From Candidatus Moraniibacteriota bacterium (GTDB taxonomy: Bacteria; Patescibacteriota; Minisyncoccia; Moranbacterales; UBA2206): a stretch of 64,000 nt of DNA. Below, piece after piece: positions 1-8,724 of this stretch (position 1 is the first letter of the stretch; every line of letters begins with the position of its first letter). The stretch lies in NCBI GenBank assembly GCA_013334765.1, contig JAAXWW010000004.1, positions 42,557 through 106,556 on the forward strand, in the 5' to 3' direction. The position numbers and the translations under genes are program-made. The notes under the pieces are model-generated. The model saw only the letters and a list, made by a program, of their open reading frames with translations. It was not told the DNA's origin and did not search any database.

Positions 1-1
1 G

Positions 2-172
2 GAAGTCACTGACAAGGACGGGAACGTCATCCAGAAAGATGTTTTCAACAGCAGCTACGAATCGCCTTCCAAGTTCCCTCACCCGGCGCCGGATGGCGTC
101 CTCACCGAAAAACCGAAAGGCTGGTCGGATCGGGAATGGAAGAAATACAAAGCGGAGCACAACCTGCCATAA
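2..172 (+). CDS. 3' end of an unidentified protein-coding gene (partial; open frame runs to TAA at 170-172)
   Basis: Open frame ...EKPKGWSDREWKKYKAEHNLP* from the window edge; no recognisable family. Confidence 0.3.
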   Translation, partial: EVTDKDGNVIQKDVFNSSYESPSKFPHPAPDGVLTEKPKGWSDREWKKYKAEHNLP

Positions 173-239
173 GCAGCCTTGTTGACTCGCGGCCTTTTAT
201 TTGCTACGATATCAACGTTATTTTCAAAGCGGAAATCAA

Positions 240-256
240 GCGCCCATAGCTCAGTT
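240..256 (+). other. 17-nt exact duplicate of the tRNA-Lys 5' end (gcgcccatagctcagtt) with no downstream tRNA structure; truncated tRNA remnant
   Basis: Identical to positions 329-345 of the tRNA-Lys below; the following 70 nt do not fold as a tRNA. Confidence 0.5.
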
Positions 257-328
257 CCCACACAAGGTGGACAGGGTCCGAGCATACCTATATGCTATAG
301 GCAGGTTCCGTTCCAAATCCAATATTAT

Positions 329-401
329 GCGCCCATAGCTCAGTTGGTAGAGCAGTTGCCTCTTAAGCAAACGGTCCCAGGTTCGAGTCCCGGTGGGCGC
401 A
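329..401 (+). tRNA. tRNA-Lys (anticodon CTT)
   Basis: Cloverleaf with acceptor gcgccca/tgggcgc, anticodon loop cTCTTaa, T-loop GGTTCGAGTCC. Confidence 0.85.
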
Positions 402-479
402 CGGATATCACGAAACATGCAACCAGGAGCATGCCAGGATGACATGTTTCCAGTTGCGTGTTTTGATATACGGAGATAT

Positions 480-552
480 GCGCCGGTAGCTCAGTGGATA
501 GAGCAGTAGCCTTCTAAGCTATTGGTCGCAGGTTCGATTCCTGCCCGGCGCA
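480..552 (+). tRNA. tRNA-Arg (anticodon TCT)
   Basis: Acceptor gcgccgg/ccggcgc, anticodon loop cTTCTaa, T-arm gcagg-ttcgatt-cctgc. Confidence 0.85.
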
Positions 553-784
553 CAGACACAAGCCGGTTTTTTGCGCTGAAAATAAAGAAAATACGAGGAG
601 CAAATTCCTGATAAGGATAATCCTGTTTACGGCAGCAATATTGCTGTTCTTACTGAGGAGTCCTCTTTTTTAAACCCGGCACTAGCTCTTTCGAGCATGG
701 CGCCTTTCTTTTTACCCTGATCGGCCCGAGCCCTTGAACAATCTGAAAAACCGTGCTAACTTGATAAAGTGCATTTTTCAGCAT

Positions 785-858
785 GGCGAGTATCGTCTAT
801 CGGTAAGACATCGGTTTGTGGTACCGAGAAGCTGGGTTCAACTCCCAGTACTCGCCCC
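785..858 (+). tRNA. tRNA-His (anticodon GTG) with encoded G-1 and 3' CCA
   Basis: G-1 pairing with discriminator C; anticodon stem tcggt/accga with loop ttGTGgt; T-arm ctggg-ttcaact-cccag; ends ...tactcgc-c-CCA. Confidence 0.85.
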
Positions 859-892
859 AAGGATTGAAATCCTCGTTTTCGGACAAAGAGAA

Positions 893-927
893 AGGCCGTC
901 CCGCGGTTATGCGGTACGGCCTTTTTT
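893..927 (+). terminator. Rho-independent terminator after the tRNA cluster
   Basis: ggccgtcccgcgg-ttat-gcggtacggcc followed by TTTTTT. Confidence 0.6.
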
Positions 928-945
928 GACAGGAATAAAGGGAAG

Positions 946-1449
946 TTATTCCTTCTTGACGAGCGGAATCGCGATATCGTCGCCACAAGCGTCTTCAGGA
1001 CAGGCTCCGAAACCGATCCTGCCATCGCAGCGCACCAGAGCAACCATCCGCTCTACATATCCATCAGGAACAAAGAAGGAAGATGTCATGAGATATGTTC
1101 CAGGAAAAAGATACGCACCATGGGTCTCGTAATGCGCTATCTCTGCTATCACGAGTTCCACTGCACTTGGGATCCGATATCCCACAGCAAATAACCCGTT
1201 CAGAAATTCGTTAAACATCCCCATTCTGCGTCCTACGCATATGCGCGTCTTACGCATAAGAAAAGATACTGGTGATTCAATCATCTCACCCACAGACCAT
1301 GGACGATTCACCCACCAAGGAGCTACTCGGGAATCGAAAAACACCGCATTATCGTGCAGGTCGTAAATGGTTAGGCCAGTATCCAGCCCAAAAACTCGAA
1401 CAAGATGATGATCAGCGTCATAATCGGATATACCGATTACTGGAAACAT
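946..1449 (-). CDS. hypothetical protein, 167 aa, Cys cluster near the C-terminus
   Basis: Clean ORF with a strong SD (GGAGGAAGG) upstream of the ATG; no family recognised. Confidence 0.6.
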   Translation of the reverse strand: MFPVIGISDYDADHHLVRVFGLDTGLTIYDLHDNAVFFDSRVAPWWVNRPWSVGEMIESPVSFLMRKTRICVGRRMGMFNEFLNGLFAVGYRIPSAVELVIAEIAHYETHGAYLFPGTYLMTSSFFVPDGYVERMVALVRCDGRIGFGACPEDACGDDIAIPLVKKE

Positions 1450-1591
1450 ATCCTTCCTCCACTGCTATGATTTAGAGAACTATACGCTACAACTTAGCAT
1501 ATCCTTAATTTTTTTTCAATACCAAAAAAGACCCTTTTGGAGCCTTCTTCGGTGAATTTGTCACTATATCTTATTATTGATCGGCTTCTCC

Positions 1592-2056
1592 TTAATTCGA
1601 GCTATTATTCGCGTCTGCCGGCCTTATTTGGATGTTCTGAGCCGTCACGCTGCCGTCCTGGCTCTCTGACCCGGAAACCATCACCTGCTGCCCTGCTGCC
1701 AAATCTGAGGCTGTCCCCGGATCGGTCTTGCCGACCGAAGTCGAATCTGAGAAATATATAACCTTGGTGCTACCGTCTTGGAGCTTGATGGTGATGCTTT
1801 TGTCATCTTTGGAAAGTATTGATCCTCCCAGGAAGCCGCCTCCTTGGCGATTCCCGTTTCTCACGGCGCCTTGCGCCTGACCCTGCTGCTGAGCCTGCCC
1901 TTGACCGCCTCTAGCGCCTCCCTGAGCGAAATTGCCGCTTTTCATAAGCCCAGCTGCCGGAGATTTGCTTTTCTCATATCGCGTCCCTCCATAGAACATT
2001 CCTGCACCGACGACGATCACGATTATCGCCGATATGATGACTTGTTTGTTTTTCAT
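1592..2056 (-). CDS. membrane-anchored secreted small protein (N-terminal TM, Gly/Gln-rich linker, C-terminal beta-rich domain); paralog of 5335..5886
   Basis: N-terminal hydrophobic helix, low-complexity linker, and a C-terminal ~70-aa domain matching the pattern of the 5335..5886 product. Confidence 0.6.
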   Translation of the reverse strand: MKNKQVIISAIIVIVVGAGMFYGGTRYEKSKSPAAGLMKSGNFAQGGARGGQGQAQQQGQAQGAVRNGNRQGGGFLGGSILSKDDKSITIKLQDGSTKVIYFSDSTSVGKTDPGTASDLAAGQQVMVSGSESQDGSVTAQNIQIRPADANNSSN

Positions 2057-2113
2057 AGATTTATCTATTTAATTACTTGATTCACAATATTTTAATCATT
2101 ATCATTCCTTTTC

Positions 2114-2167
2114 TGTCATTCCCGCGCGACCGAAGGAAGTGCCCTTGTGGTAAAGGCGGGAATGACA
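2114..2167. repeat. Hairpin repeat tgtcattcccgc-(32 nt)-gcgggaatgaca; same family as the IR pair at 35305..35443
   Basis: 12-bp perfect stem sharing the GTCATTCCCGC / GCGGGAATGAC arms with the 35.3 kb copies. Confidence 0.6.
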
Positions 2168-2175
2168 ATCATTTT

Positions 2176-3390
2176 TTATTCGTAACGGAGCGCTTCAATC
2201 GGACTCAGATTGGCGGCGCGGCGCGCCGGATAGAACCCGAAGATGATTCCGACTCCGGCAGAGACTCCGAAGGCCAGAAGCACCGAAGAAAGCGAGACTT
2301 GGGCGGTCAGGCTTATCAGTTTGGAAATCACCAACGATGCCAGCCAACCCAGAATGATTCCGATTCCGCCACCGAGAAAAGTGAGGATGACCGCCTCAGT
2401 CAGGAACTGGAGGTTGATATATATTTTCCTGATGCCGACCGCTTTCCTAAGCCCGATTTCGCGCGTTCTTTCCGTCACCGTAGTGAGCATCATGTTCATA
2501 ATCCCGATTCCTCCGACCAGGAGAGAAATCCCGGCAATGGAAGACAGCAGCATCGTGAATGTTCCGGTAATGCTTGAGGCAGTCGCTATGATATCGTTCT
2601 GATTCATCAAGCTGAAATCAGCCTGTGTCGAATCAGATATTTTATGACGGCGCAGAAGCAGTTCCGTTATCTGACTCTGCACGGTTGTCATATATTGCTG
2701 ATCAGCTGCCGCTACGCTTATATTGTTGACATATGAATTTCCCGACAAATAATGCTGGGCAGTCAGAAGCGGGACATACACGATGTCGTCCTGATTGTTG
2801 AATCCGGATCCCCCTTTGGCAACCGTGACCCCGATGACTTTGAAATCTATGTTGTTTATGCGGATAGTCTGTCCGACTGGATCGGCATCCGTCCCGAACA
2901 GATCCTCACTGGTCGTCGGCCCGATGACCGCGACCTTGGCAGAACTTTTCAGCTGCGAATCGCCGAAGAACGATCCCGATCCGATAGCGACATTCCTAGC
3001 CGCCAGATAGTCGGCATTAGTTCCGATTATCTGGGTATTGGTGTTGTTTCCCTTGGCTGTCACCTGGTAGCGTTTCGAAACCGATGGAGCGACCGCGCTT
3101 ATATTGGCAATTTCGCTTTTGATAGCATCAGCATCATCAGTAGTCAGCGTTTCGGAGCTTCCTCCTCCCTGGCTTATGCCTCCCACTCGTTGGGAACCGG
3201 GAGAGATGATGATGAGGTTGGATCCGATCGATTCTATATTCTTGGCAATCGAATTCTGGGCGCCCTGCCCAACAGCAACGAGCGCTATGACTGAGGCAAT
3301 CCCGATCACGATTCCAAGAATGGTGAGTCCTGATCTCACTTTGTTGCCGGCCAAAGACCAGACGGTCTCTTTGAACAAATCTCCTATCAT
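2176..3390 (-). CDS. ABC transporter permease, MacB/FtsX family (MacB periplasmic core + FtsX TM domain)
   Basis: 404 aa; N-terminal TM, large periplasmic domain, C-terminal FtsX-like 3-TM bundle; directly downstream of the ABC ATPase. Confidence 0.85.
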   Translation of the reverse strand: MIGDLFKETVWSLAGNKVRSGLTILGIVIGIASVIALVAVGQGAQNSIAKNIESIGSNLIIISPGSQRVGGISQGGGSSETLTTDDADAIKSEIANISAVAPSVSKRYQVTAKGNNTNTQIIGTNADYLAARNVAIGSGSFFGDSQLKSSAKVAVIGPTTSEDLFGTDADPVGQTIRINNIDFKVIGVTVAKGGSGFNNQDDIVYVPLLTAQHYLSGNSYVNNISVAAADQQYMTTVQSQITELLLRRHKISDSTQADFSLMNQNDIIATASSITGTFTMLLSSIAGISLLVGGIGIMNMMLTTVTERTREIGLRKAVGIRKIYINLQFLTEAVILTFLGGGIGIILGWLASLVISKLISLTAQVSLSSVLLAFGVSAGVGIIFGFYPARRAANLSPIEALRYE

Positions 3391-3394
3391 AATT

Positions 3395-4093
3395 TTATAT
3401 CACATGATCATTAGGCTTGTTAGGAGCATCTCTCTCCACTAATCCATCCCTGATCTGGATTATCCGATTGGCGCAATCGGCAACATCCATCTCATGCGTA
3501 ATGAGGATTATGGTATGGCCCTTCCGATTGAGTTCACGGAAAGCATCCATGATTATCTTACTGGTCTTGGTGTCCAGGTTCCCGGTCGGCTCGTCAGCCA
3601 GAATTATGGACGGGTTATTGATGAGCGAACGGGCTATCGCCACGCGCTGCATCTGTCCGCCTGACAGCTGATTGGAAAGGTTCATGAACTTGCTTTCCTC
3701 CATGCCAGCATATCTCAAGCATTCCTTGGCTCTCTTGTTCCGCTCTTCCATAGTCATACCGGAATACAATAAAGGCAGCATGACATTCCGAAGAACCGTA
3801 GTCCTAGGCAGCAGGTTGAAAGCTTGGAAAACAAAGCCTATCTTGTTCCTTCGAAGATCGGATAATTCGTCGTCGTCCAGTTTGGAAACCTCATGCCCAT
3901 CCAGGAAATATTCCCCGCTAGTAGGATTATCAAGTGCGCCGAGTATATGCATGAGAGTCGATTTCCCGCTTCCGGATGGTCCGATAATGGAAACGAATTC
4001 CCCTTTATTGATCTTGAACGAAACGCCTTTCAGCGCGTCCGTTCTCACATCTCCGCTTATGTACGTCTTGATTAAGTTCCTGCATTCGATCAT
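3395..4093 (-). CDS. ABC transporter ATP-binding protein (MacB/LolD-like)
   Basis: Walker A GPSGSGKST, signature LSGGQMQR, Walker B ILADEPTGNLD. Confidence 0.9.
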   Translation of the reverse strand: MIECRNLIKTYISGDVRTDALKGVSFKINKGEFVSIIGPSGSGKSTLMHILGALDNPTSGEYFLDGHEVSKLDDDELSDLRRNKIGFVFQAFNLLPRTTVLRNVMLPLLYSGMTMEERNKRAKECLRYAGMEESKFMNLSNQLSGGQMQRVAIARSLINNPSIILADEPTGNLDTKTSKIIMDAFRELNRKGHTIILITHEMDVADCANRIIQIRDGLVERDAPNKPNDHVI

Positions 4094-4138
4094 GTTGTTT
4101 GAATTTGTGTAAATATAGCTTGAATCGTCTAAATACTA

Positions 4139-5335
4139 TTAATCCGGCCTTCCACCTCCCCCGCCGAGACCGGGAATATGCAAGCTGCTTTCACTGCTTT
4201 TCGTCGAAGCCGAACTCGAAGAGCCTGATACTGTCGTCGAGGTTCCGGATATGGTCTGCGTCACCACTTTGTCACCGGCGTTCAGCCCGCTTACGATTTC
4301 CGTATCGGTGTCATTCGAGATGCCGGTTTTGACTGAAGCTCTGCTCGGAACTGCTCCGCTGTTCAGGACTTCCACATAGCTGTTTCCGTTCTGAGTCTTT
4401 ATGGCACCGCTCGGAACCATGACAGCATCCTGCTTCACGTCGGTGATTATATTAGCCGAAACGCTCATCTGAGGCTTTATCCTGGAATCCAAATCGTCGA
4501 ATCCGATCGTCACGTTATATGTGACCACCCCGGAACTCAATGTTCCGAGAGAATCCATATTCTCCACTTTCCCGGTAGCAGTAAGCCCGTCGATCGCGCT
4601 GAAGGTCATGGTTACTTTCTGACCGATAGAGACATTGGAAATATCGACTTCATTGACAGCGACTTGAGCTTTCATGGTACCAAGATCCCCGATGATGATC
4701 GGGACAGATCTCGAGCTTCCCGAGGAAAGCTTGCTTAGGTCATCCCCGTTCTTGATATTGACTTCGTTGACGGTACCGTCGATCGGAGAAGTGACTCGCC
4801 TCTTGTTGGCGTCGAGCTGCTGGTTGGCAGCATCCGCTTTGGTTGCGGACAGGCTTTTCTCAGCGGAAACGACAGAGGCCTTGGCGGCATCCAGTTTCGA
4901 TTTGGCAGCATTCTTCTTGTCGAGCGCGACATTCTCATCTTTGATTGTGTCGTAGTCCAACTGCGCCTGCTTCAGCGAAGACTTGGCCGATTTCAGGGAA
5001 CTCTCAGATGAAGCTATTGATGATTGGGATTTTGCCACGCTCACTGAAAGATCATTATTATCTATAGTAAAGAGGAGCTGGCCTTTCTTGACTTGGTCTC
5101 CCACAACTACCGCCAGATTAGTAACGGTTCCTGTTATTGTCGGATCAACATTGGAACTTTGATCAACGATTATGTTCCCAGACCCGGCAATAGAGGCCGT
5201 TATGGTGCCTTTTCCCGCTATGGAAGTGACATACTGAGTCTGAGTCGTCTTGGAGTTGGCCTTGCTATACCAATAGTATCCTCCGCCGATGACCACGATG
5301 GCTGCGATGACAGCATATGCCTTTTTCATTTTCAT
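4139..5335 (-). CDS. HlyD/MacA-family periplasmic adaptor (membrane-fusion) protein
   Basis: N-terminal TM, long coiled-coil segment, beta-barrel/lipoyl-like regions typical of efflux adaptor subunits; operonic with the ABC ATPase and permease. Confidence 0.8.
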   Translation of the reverse strand: MKMKKAYAVIAAIVVIGGGYYWYSKANSKTTQTQYVTSIAGKGTITASIAGSGNIIVDQSSNVDPTITGTVTNLAVVVGDQVKKGQLLFTIDNNDLSVSVAKSQSSIASSESSLKSAKSSLKQAQLDYDTIKDENVALDKKNAAKSKLDAAKASVVSAEKSLSATKADAANQQLDANKRRVTSPIDGTVNEVNIKNGDDLSKLSSGSSRSVPIIIGDLGTMKAQVAVNEVDISNVSIGQKVTMTFSAIDGLTATGKVENMDSLGTLSSGVVTYNVTIGFDDLDSRIKPQMSVSANIITDVKQDAVMVPSGAIKTQNGNSYVEVLNSGAVPSRASVKTGISNDTDTEIVSGLNAGDKVVTQTISGTSTTVSGSSSSASTKSSESSLHIPGLGGGGGRPD

Positions 5336-5886
5336 TATTTTTGCTCGTTATTATCCGGATTATTATCTGAAATGCTGCTTGAGCTGTTAGCCGGGCTGCT
5401 GCCCCTGTCCTGATTGGCGTTCCTGCTGAAAACCCTGATGAGATCGGCATTCAGCACTCCGCTATCGTCCGGATTGCCGACCACTATGACGCGTTCGTCT
5501 TTTTTGAGATCCGCTATCTTCACATCATTGCGTCCGTCCTTGATCAGCGTCATGTCGGTTATGGCTACAGTATTCTCCTTGTTGTCTTTGTCCTTTATGA
5601 CTAAGCTAGTATCGGATATCGAGACAATGCTGCCGGATATCCCGTGAGCATTCCTCAAATCGCGGTTTTCCATCATGCCGCGAGGATCGCCCATCGGTCC
5701 TCCCGGTCCCATGCGCGGCCCGACGAAGTTCCTCTCATAGTTCTCCCCCCAACTATACGAGAAACGGGCTTTTTTGAACCCGACCAGCACGCCCGAAGCG
5801 AAGCTCACGAGCATGAGAATCAGCACGCCGACAACAGCCGCGGCTAATCTTATCTTCCTAGAAGTCATCATCTCTTTGGTTGTCAT
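5335..5886 (-). CDS. membrane-anchored small protein, paralog of 1592..2056; its stop overlaps the HlyD start (translational coupling)
   Basis: N-terminal TM, Gly/Pro-rich linker, C-terminal beta-rich domain (SIVSISDTSLVIKDKD...VKIADLKKDERVIVVG) matching the domain of 1592..2056. Confidence 0.6.
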   Translation of the reverse strand: MTTKEMMTSRKIRLAAAVVGVLILMLVSFASGVLVGFKKARFSYSWGENYERNFVGPRMGPGGPMGDPRGMMENRDLRNAHGISGSIVSISDTSLVIKDKDNKENTVAITDMTLIKDGRNDVKIADLKKDERVIVVGNPDDSGVLNADLIRVFSRNANQDRGSSPANSSSSISDNNPDNNEQK

Positions 5887-5901
5887 ATGATTTTATAATT
5901 A

Positions 5902-6357
5902 TTAGGCGTATTTGTAATATCCCCTTCTTTCTCCGGACTCCCCTTTCGATTTGAAATATGCGGACAATGAAACAAGCAGCGTGAACACCGGGATAGTCAG
6001 CAATACCGCATCGACGACTGGGAATGTTTCAGCTAGAGAAGCGATGAAATCGCCCAAGTGAGCCGATACGATACCGATATCGGAAAAAACGAGATTCAGG
6101 ATACTCCAGAAATCCGATTGAAGAAACGAGTTGCCCGAAGCATAGCCGGAAAAAACCATTGCAACCAAAGAAGCGAACAGTCCCGCGGCAGAAACAAAGA
6201 GCCTGCGCCTGGCAACGCGTATCCTTTCCTTTTCGATCCTGGAAAGGATCCTATCTTTTAGCGCTTCCCCCGGCTCATCAGAACCGAACCGTTCGAATAT
6301 CGTTTTCAGTTTCTTTTCCATATGCTTTATACGATTTTGGTTATAAAAAAGTTGCAT
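5902..6357 (-). CDS. putative anti-sigma factor (membrane protein downstream of the ECF sigma); start could instead be the ATG at 6321
   Basis: Position immediately downstream of and overlapping the ECF sigma gene; central TM segment; no enzyme motifs. Confidence 0.5.
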   Translation of the reverse strand: MQLFYNQNRIKHMEKKLKTIFERFGSDEPGEALKDRILSRIEKERIRVARRRLFVSAAGLFASLVAMVFSGYASGNSFLQSDFWSILNLVFSDIGIVSAHLGDFIASLAETFPVVDAVLLTIPVFTLLVSLSAYFKSKGESGERRGYYKYA

Positions 6358-6925
6358 CCAGATCAGAAATAGCCTTTTTAAGGGCTTCTACGGCTCTCCG
6401 ATGGCGGCTCTTGACCGTATTTTGCGATTCTCCCATTACCTCGGCTATTTCCGGGAAGGACATGTACTCCTTATATCTGAGATTCAAGACAACCTTGTAT
6501 TTCGGCGGAAGAGCTTCGATAGCCTTCTCCAGCTTTTGAGGCATATCTTCCTTCATGATTATTTCATCCGGCAATGGCTCGCCGCTTCCGACATTTTCCA
6601 GGAAATTATTCCCCTCATCATCCCTGAAAGCCGAGAAGGAAAGCTCTTTTTTCTTTTTCAGATAATCAAAAGCGGTGTTTTTCGCAATCGTGAATATCCA
6701 AGTCTTGAATGACCTGCTTGTGTCATATTTCCTGATGTTGCGCCAAGCTTTCAGGAAAGCCTCTTGGGTGATATCTTCAGCAGTGGGAGTTTCCGGAGTA
6801 ATCTTATAGACGAAATTGAAAACCGCCCTGAAATACCTTCCGACAATCAAATCGAAAGCCGCCTGGTCGCCTTCCAGGAAACTATCCACTAGTTCCTTGT
6901 CGCTCATTTCTTCCATTGAAATCAT
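6341..6925 (-). CDS. RNA polymerase sigma-70 factor, ECF subfamily
   Basis: Sigma-70 region 2 (FLKAWRNIRKYD...) and region 4 (EIAEVMGESQNTVKSRHRRAVEALK) signatures. Confidence 0.85.
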   Translation of the reverse strand: MISMEEMSDKELVDSFLEGDQAAFDLIVGRYFRAVFNFVYKITPETPTAEDITQEAFLKAWRNIRKYDTSRSFKTWIFTIAKNTAFDYLKKKKELSFSAFRDDEGNNFLENVGSGEPLPDEIIMKEDMPQKLEKAIEALPPKYKVVLNLRYKEYMSFPEIAEVMGESQNTVKSRHRRAVEALKKAISDLDATFL

Positions 6926-7006
6926 TTTTGGTTTAGTGTATACTTGCTGGAGTCAGGACAAGTGCCAGGAAAACAGCCTAACTACGCCTAAAATATCATC
7001 TTCATG

Positions 7007-7080
7007 CGCCCTTAGCTCAGCGGATTAGAGCATCACGCTTCGGACGTGAGGGTCGGGGGTTCGAGTCCCTCAGGGCGCAC
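7007..7080 (+). tRNA. tRNA-Arg (anticodon TCG)
   Basis: Acceptor gcgccct/agggcgc, anticodon stem tcacg/cgtga with loop ctTCGga, T-loop GGTTCGAGTCC. Confidence 0.85.
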
Positions 7081-7091
7081 ATCATTATAAT

Positions 7092-7130
7092 TCAAGCTTG
7101 CTTTTCGAACCAAGCAGGCTTTTTTGATAC
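7092..7130 (+). terminator. Rho-independent terminator after tRNA-Arg
   Basis: aagcttgctt-ttcgaacc-aagcaggctt followed by TTTTTT. Confidence 0.55.
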
Positions 7131-7137
7131 TCGCGCT

Positions 7138-7470
7138 TCATTTCTTCAGCCGGAAGATATCCTCTAGATCCGGCAAAGGGGAATCGTATTCTTTTTCCCT
7201 GTTTGCTTTTTCCTCAAGAACCCTGTCGAATTTTTTCTGATTGAAGGAAATGTCCTTGCTCTTCGAATTGGCATAGGAAGCCTTCCTTGCATCGCTCCAA
7301 TCGGGATCCTGCACATAAGAATGCCAGATGGAAAGGCATCCGAGAAAAAAAATAAAGAAAAGACCGAGAATCGCATAGCGCATATTCCCCCCTATGAACC
7401 CTGGAATTCCCTTGAAAAATTCCATCGCCTTGACTTTCCCTGTTTTCAATCTGAACATATTTTTGATCAT
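7138..7470 (-). CDS. hypothetical small membrane protein at the distal end of the pilus operon
   Basis: 110 aa, one TM segment (AILGLFFIFFLGCLSIW); operonic with the pilM/N/O-like genes. Confidence 0.45.
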   Translation of the reverse strand: MIKNMFRLKTGKVKAMEFFKGIPGFIGGNMRYAILGLFFIFFLGCLSIWHSYVQDPDWSDARKASYANSKSKDISFNQKKFDRVLEEKANREKEYDSPLPDLEDIFRLKK

Positions 7471-7485
7471 CTTATCGGATTTTCG

Positions 7486-8172
7486 CTATTGCAAATAGAC
7501 AACCGCCTTGAGCGTAGTAGTGAGCTTCTCGGAATCGTCTTTTTCCGAAGGCGAATCGCCAAGCTCATCATTCCGTCCCGAACTTATGAATATGCTTCCG
7601 TTCCCTTGATTGGAGCTTCCGGCCTGTCGCTGGTCCTTTCTCGAATCGATCGAAATGACATTAACATAATACCTATCATTCTCCAGCTTGTGGACGAAAT
7701 CAACCATGCTTTCGTAGCTGCCGCTAAGCATTATGTTCAGGGAAATGAATTTGGAGTGCGACAGGCTATCCTTGATCCCCTTCTCCGTTTGCTTGTCCTT
7801 CGAATTTGTTGTCGCCTTCTGGGTTGCCTTGTCTTTTTCCGGATCATCGACAGAAAGGGTGATCTCGTTCCCCGTGTCATCCGCTAGCGTCTCAAGGCTC
7901 TTGATGAAATCAATCTCCATCGATTCATCGATTATGGACGCCGTGGCATCGCTATTTTGGGCTATGTTCTTTGAAATTTCTTCCATCCGCGGAATATCGC
8001 CGATCTTTGATTTTCGCAATTGATCATCCAGAATACCCTCTTGGATGCTGTCAGCCGTGTCCGCTATCTTTCCCAGAAGCAGCTTGGCGGAAAAATAGCT
8101 CCCCGGAACAATCAGGGCTATATACGCTATTATGACAATCGCTAATTTATTTTTTATCCAAAATTCCTTCAT
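7486..8172 (-). CDS. PilO-like type IV pilus assembly protein (bitopic membrane protein)
   Basis: N-terminal TM followed by a coiled-coil/periplasmic domain; follows the PilN-like gene with a 26-nt overlap. Confidence 0.5.
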   Translation of the reverse strand: MKEFWIKNKLAIVIIAYIALIVPGSYFSAKLLLGKIADTADSIQEGILDDQLRKSKIGDIPRMEEISKNIAQNSDATASIIDESMEIDFIKSLETLADDTGNEITLSVDDPEKDKATQKATTNSKDKQTEKGIKDSLSHSKFISLNIMLSGSYESMVDFVHKLENDRYYVNVISIDSRKDQRQAGSSNQGNGSIFISSGRNDELGDSPSEKDDSEKLTTTLKAVVYLQ

Positions 8173-8722
8173 TCGATTTGAGGCAATCCTTATTTATATT
8201 CAGGTTTATTTCAAAATCTATATTGTCCCTGGAAACCAGGTCGGCAAGAGGAAGATCGACATTCGAAAAACAGCTGTCTGACACCAGAACATCCTTGAAC
8301 GCGACAAGGTCATCCCTGGTCGCGGCCTCTCCGGTCAGGATAATAGCATAATCCTTAGTGCTGATGCTTATGATATCGACTCCTTTCGGAACCATGCGGC
8401 TCATTTTGACGAACAGATTGGACCAATAAAGCTGGTCGGCAGCAACTGACAATGAATCGCTTATTTTGGAATTCACCTCCGAAAACTCGGACTCGTATTT
8501 TTCTATTACGGCATACTTGTCCTTATCGGAACCATTCGATTGGGATTCGTGAGCAGTTTCCGCATTCAGAGAAAGAACATAGTTTATGCCGAAAAGGAAA
8601 GCCATCGCCATAAGAACCGCCAAGAGAATGATTGCCTCCCAAAAAATAGCCGCCATAAAATGCCTCTGGCGAGAAATTTTTTCCTTCTTGTCTTGCGGAA
8701 GCAGATTAAGCTTTATTTCCAT
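8147..8722 (-). CDS. pilN: PilN-like type IV pilus assembly protein
   Basis: Short cytoplasmic N-terminus (binds PilM), single TM, periplasmic domain; immediately downstream of pilM. Confidence 0.6.
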   Translation of the reverse strand: MEIKLNLLPQDKKEKISRQRHFMAAIFWEAIILLAVLMAMAFLFGINYVLSLNAETAHESQSNGSDKDKYAVIEKYESEFSEVNSKISDSLSVAADQLYWSNLFVKMSRMVPKGVDIISISTKDYAIILTGEAATRDDLVAFKDVLVSDSCFSNVDLPLADLVSRDNIDFEINLNINKDCLKSNEGILDKK

Positions 8723-8724
8723 AA

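Noticed and set aside
734-1132. 132-aa + ORF and the minus ORFs 756..1043 / 797..988
   Set aside because: Overlap the tRNA-His gene and its terminator; no RBS; explained by the tRNA plus the 946..1449 gene.
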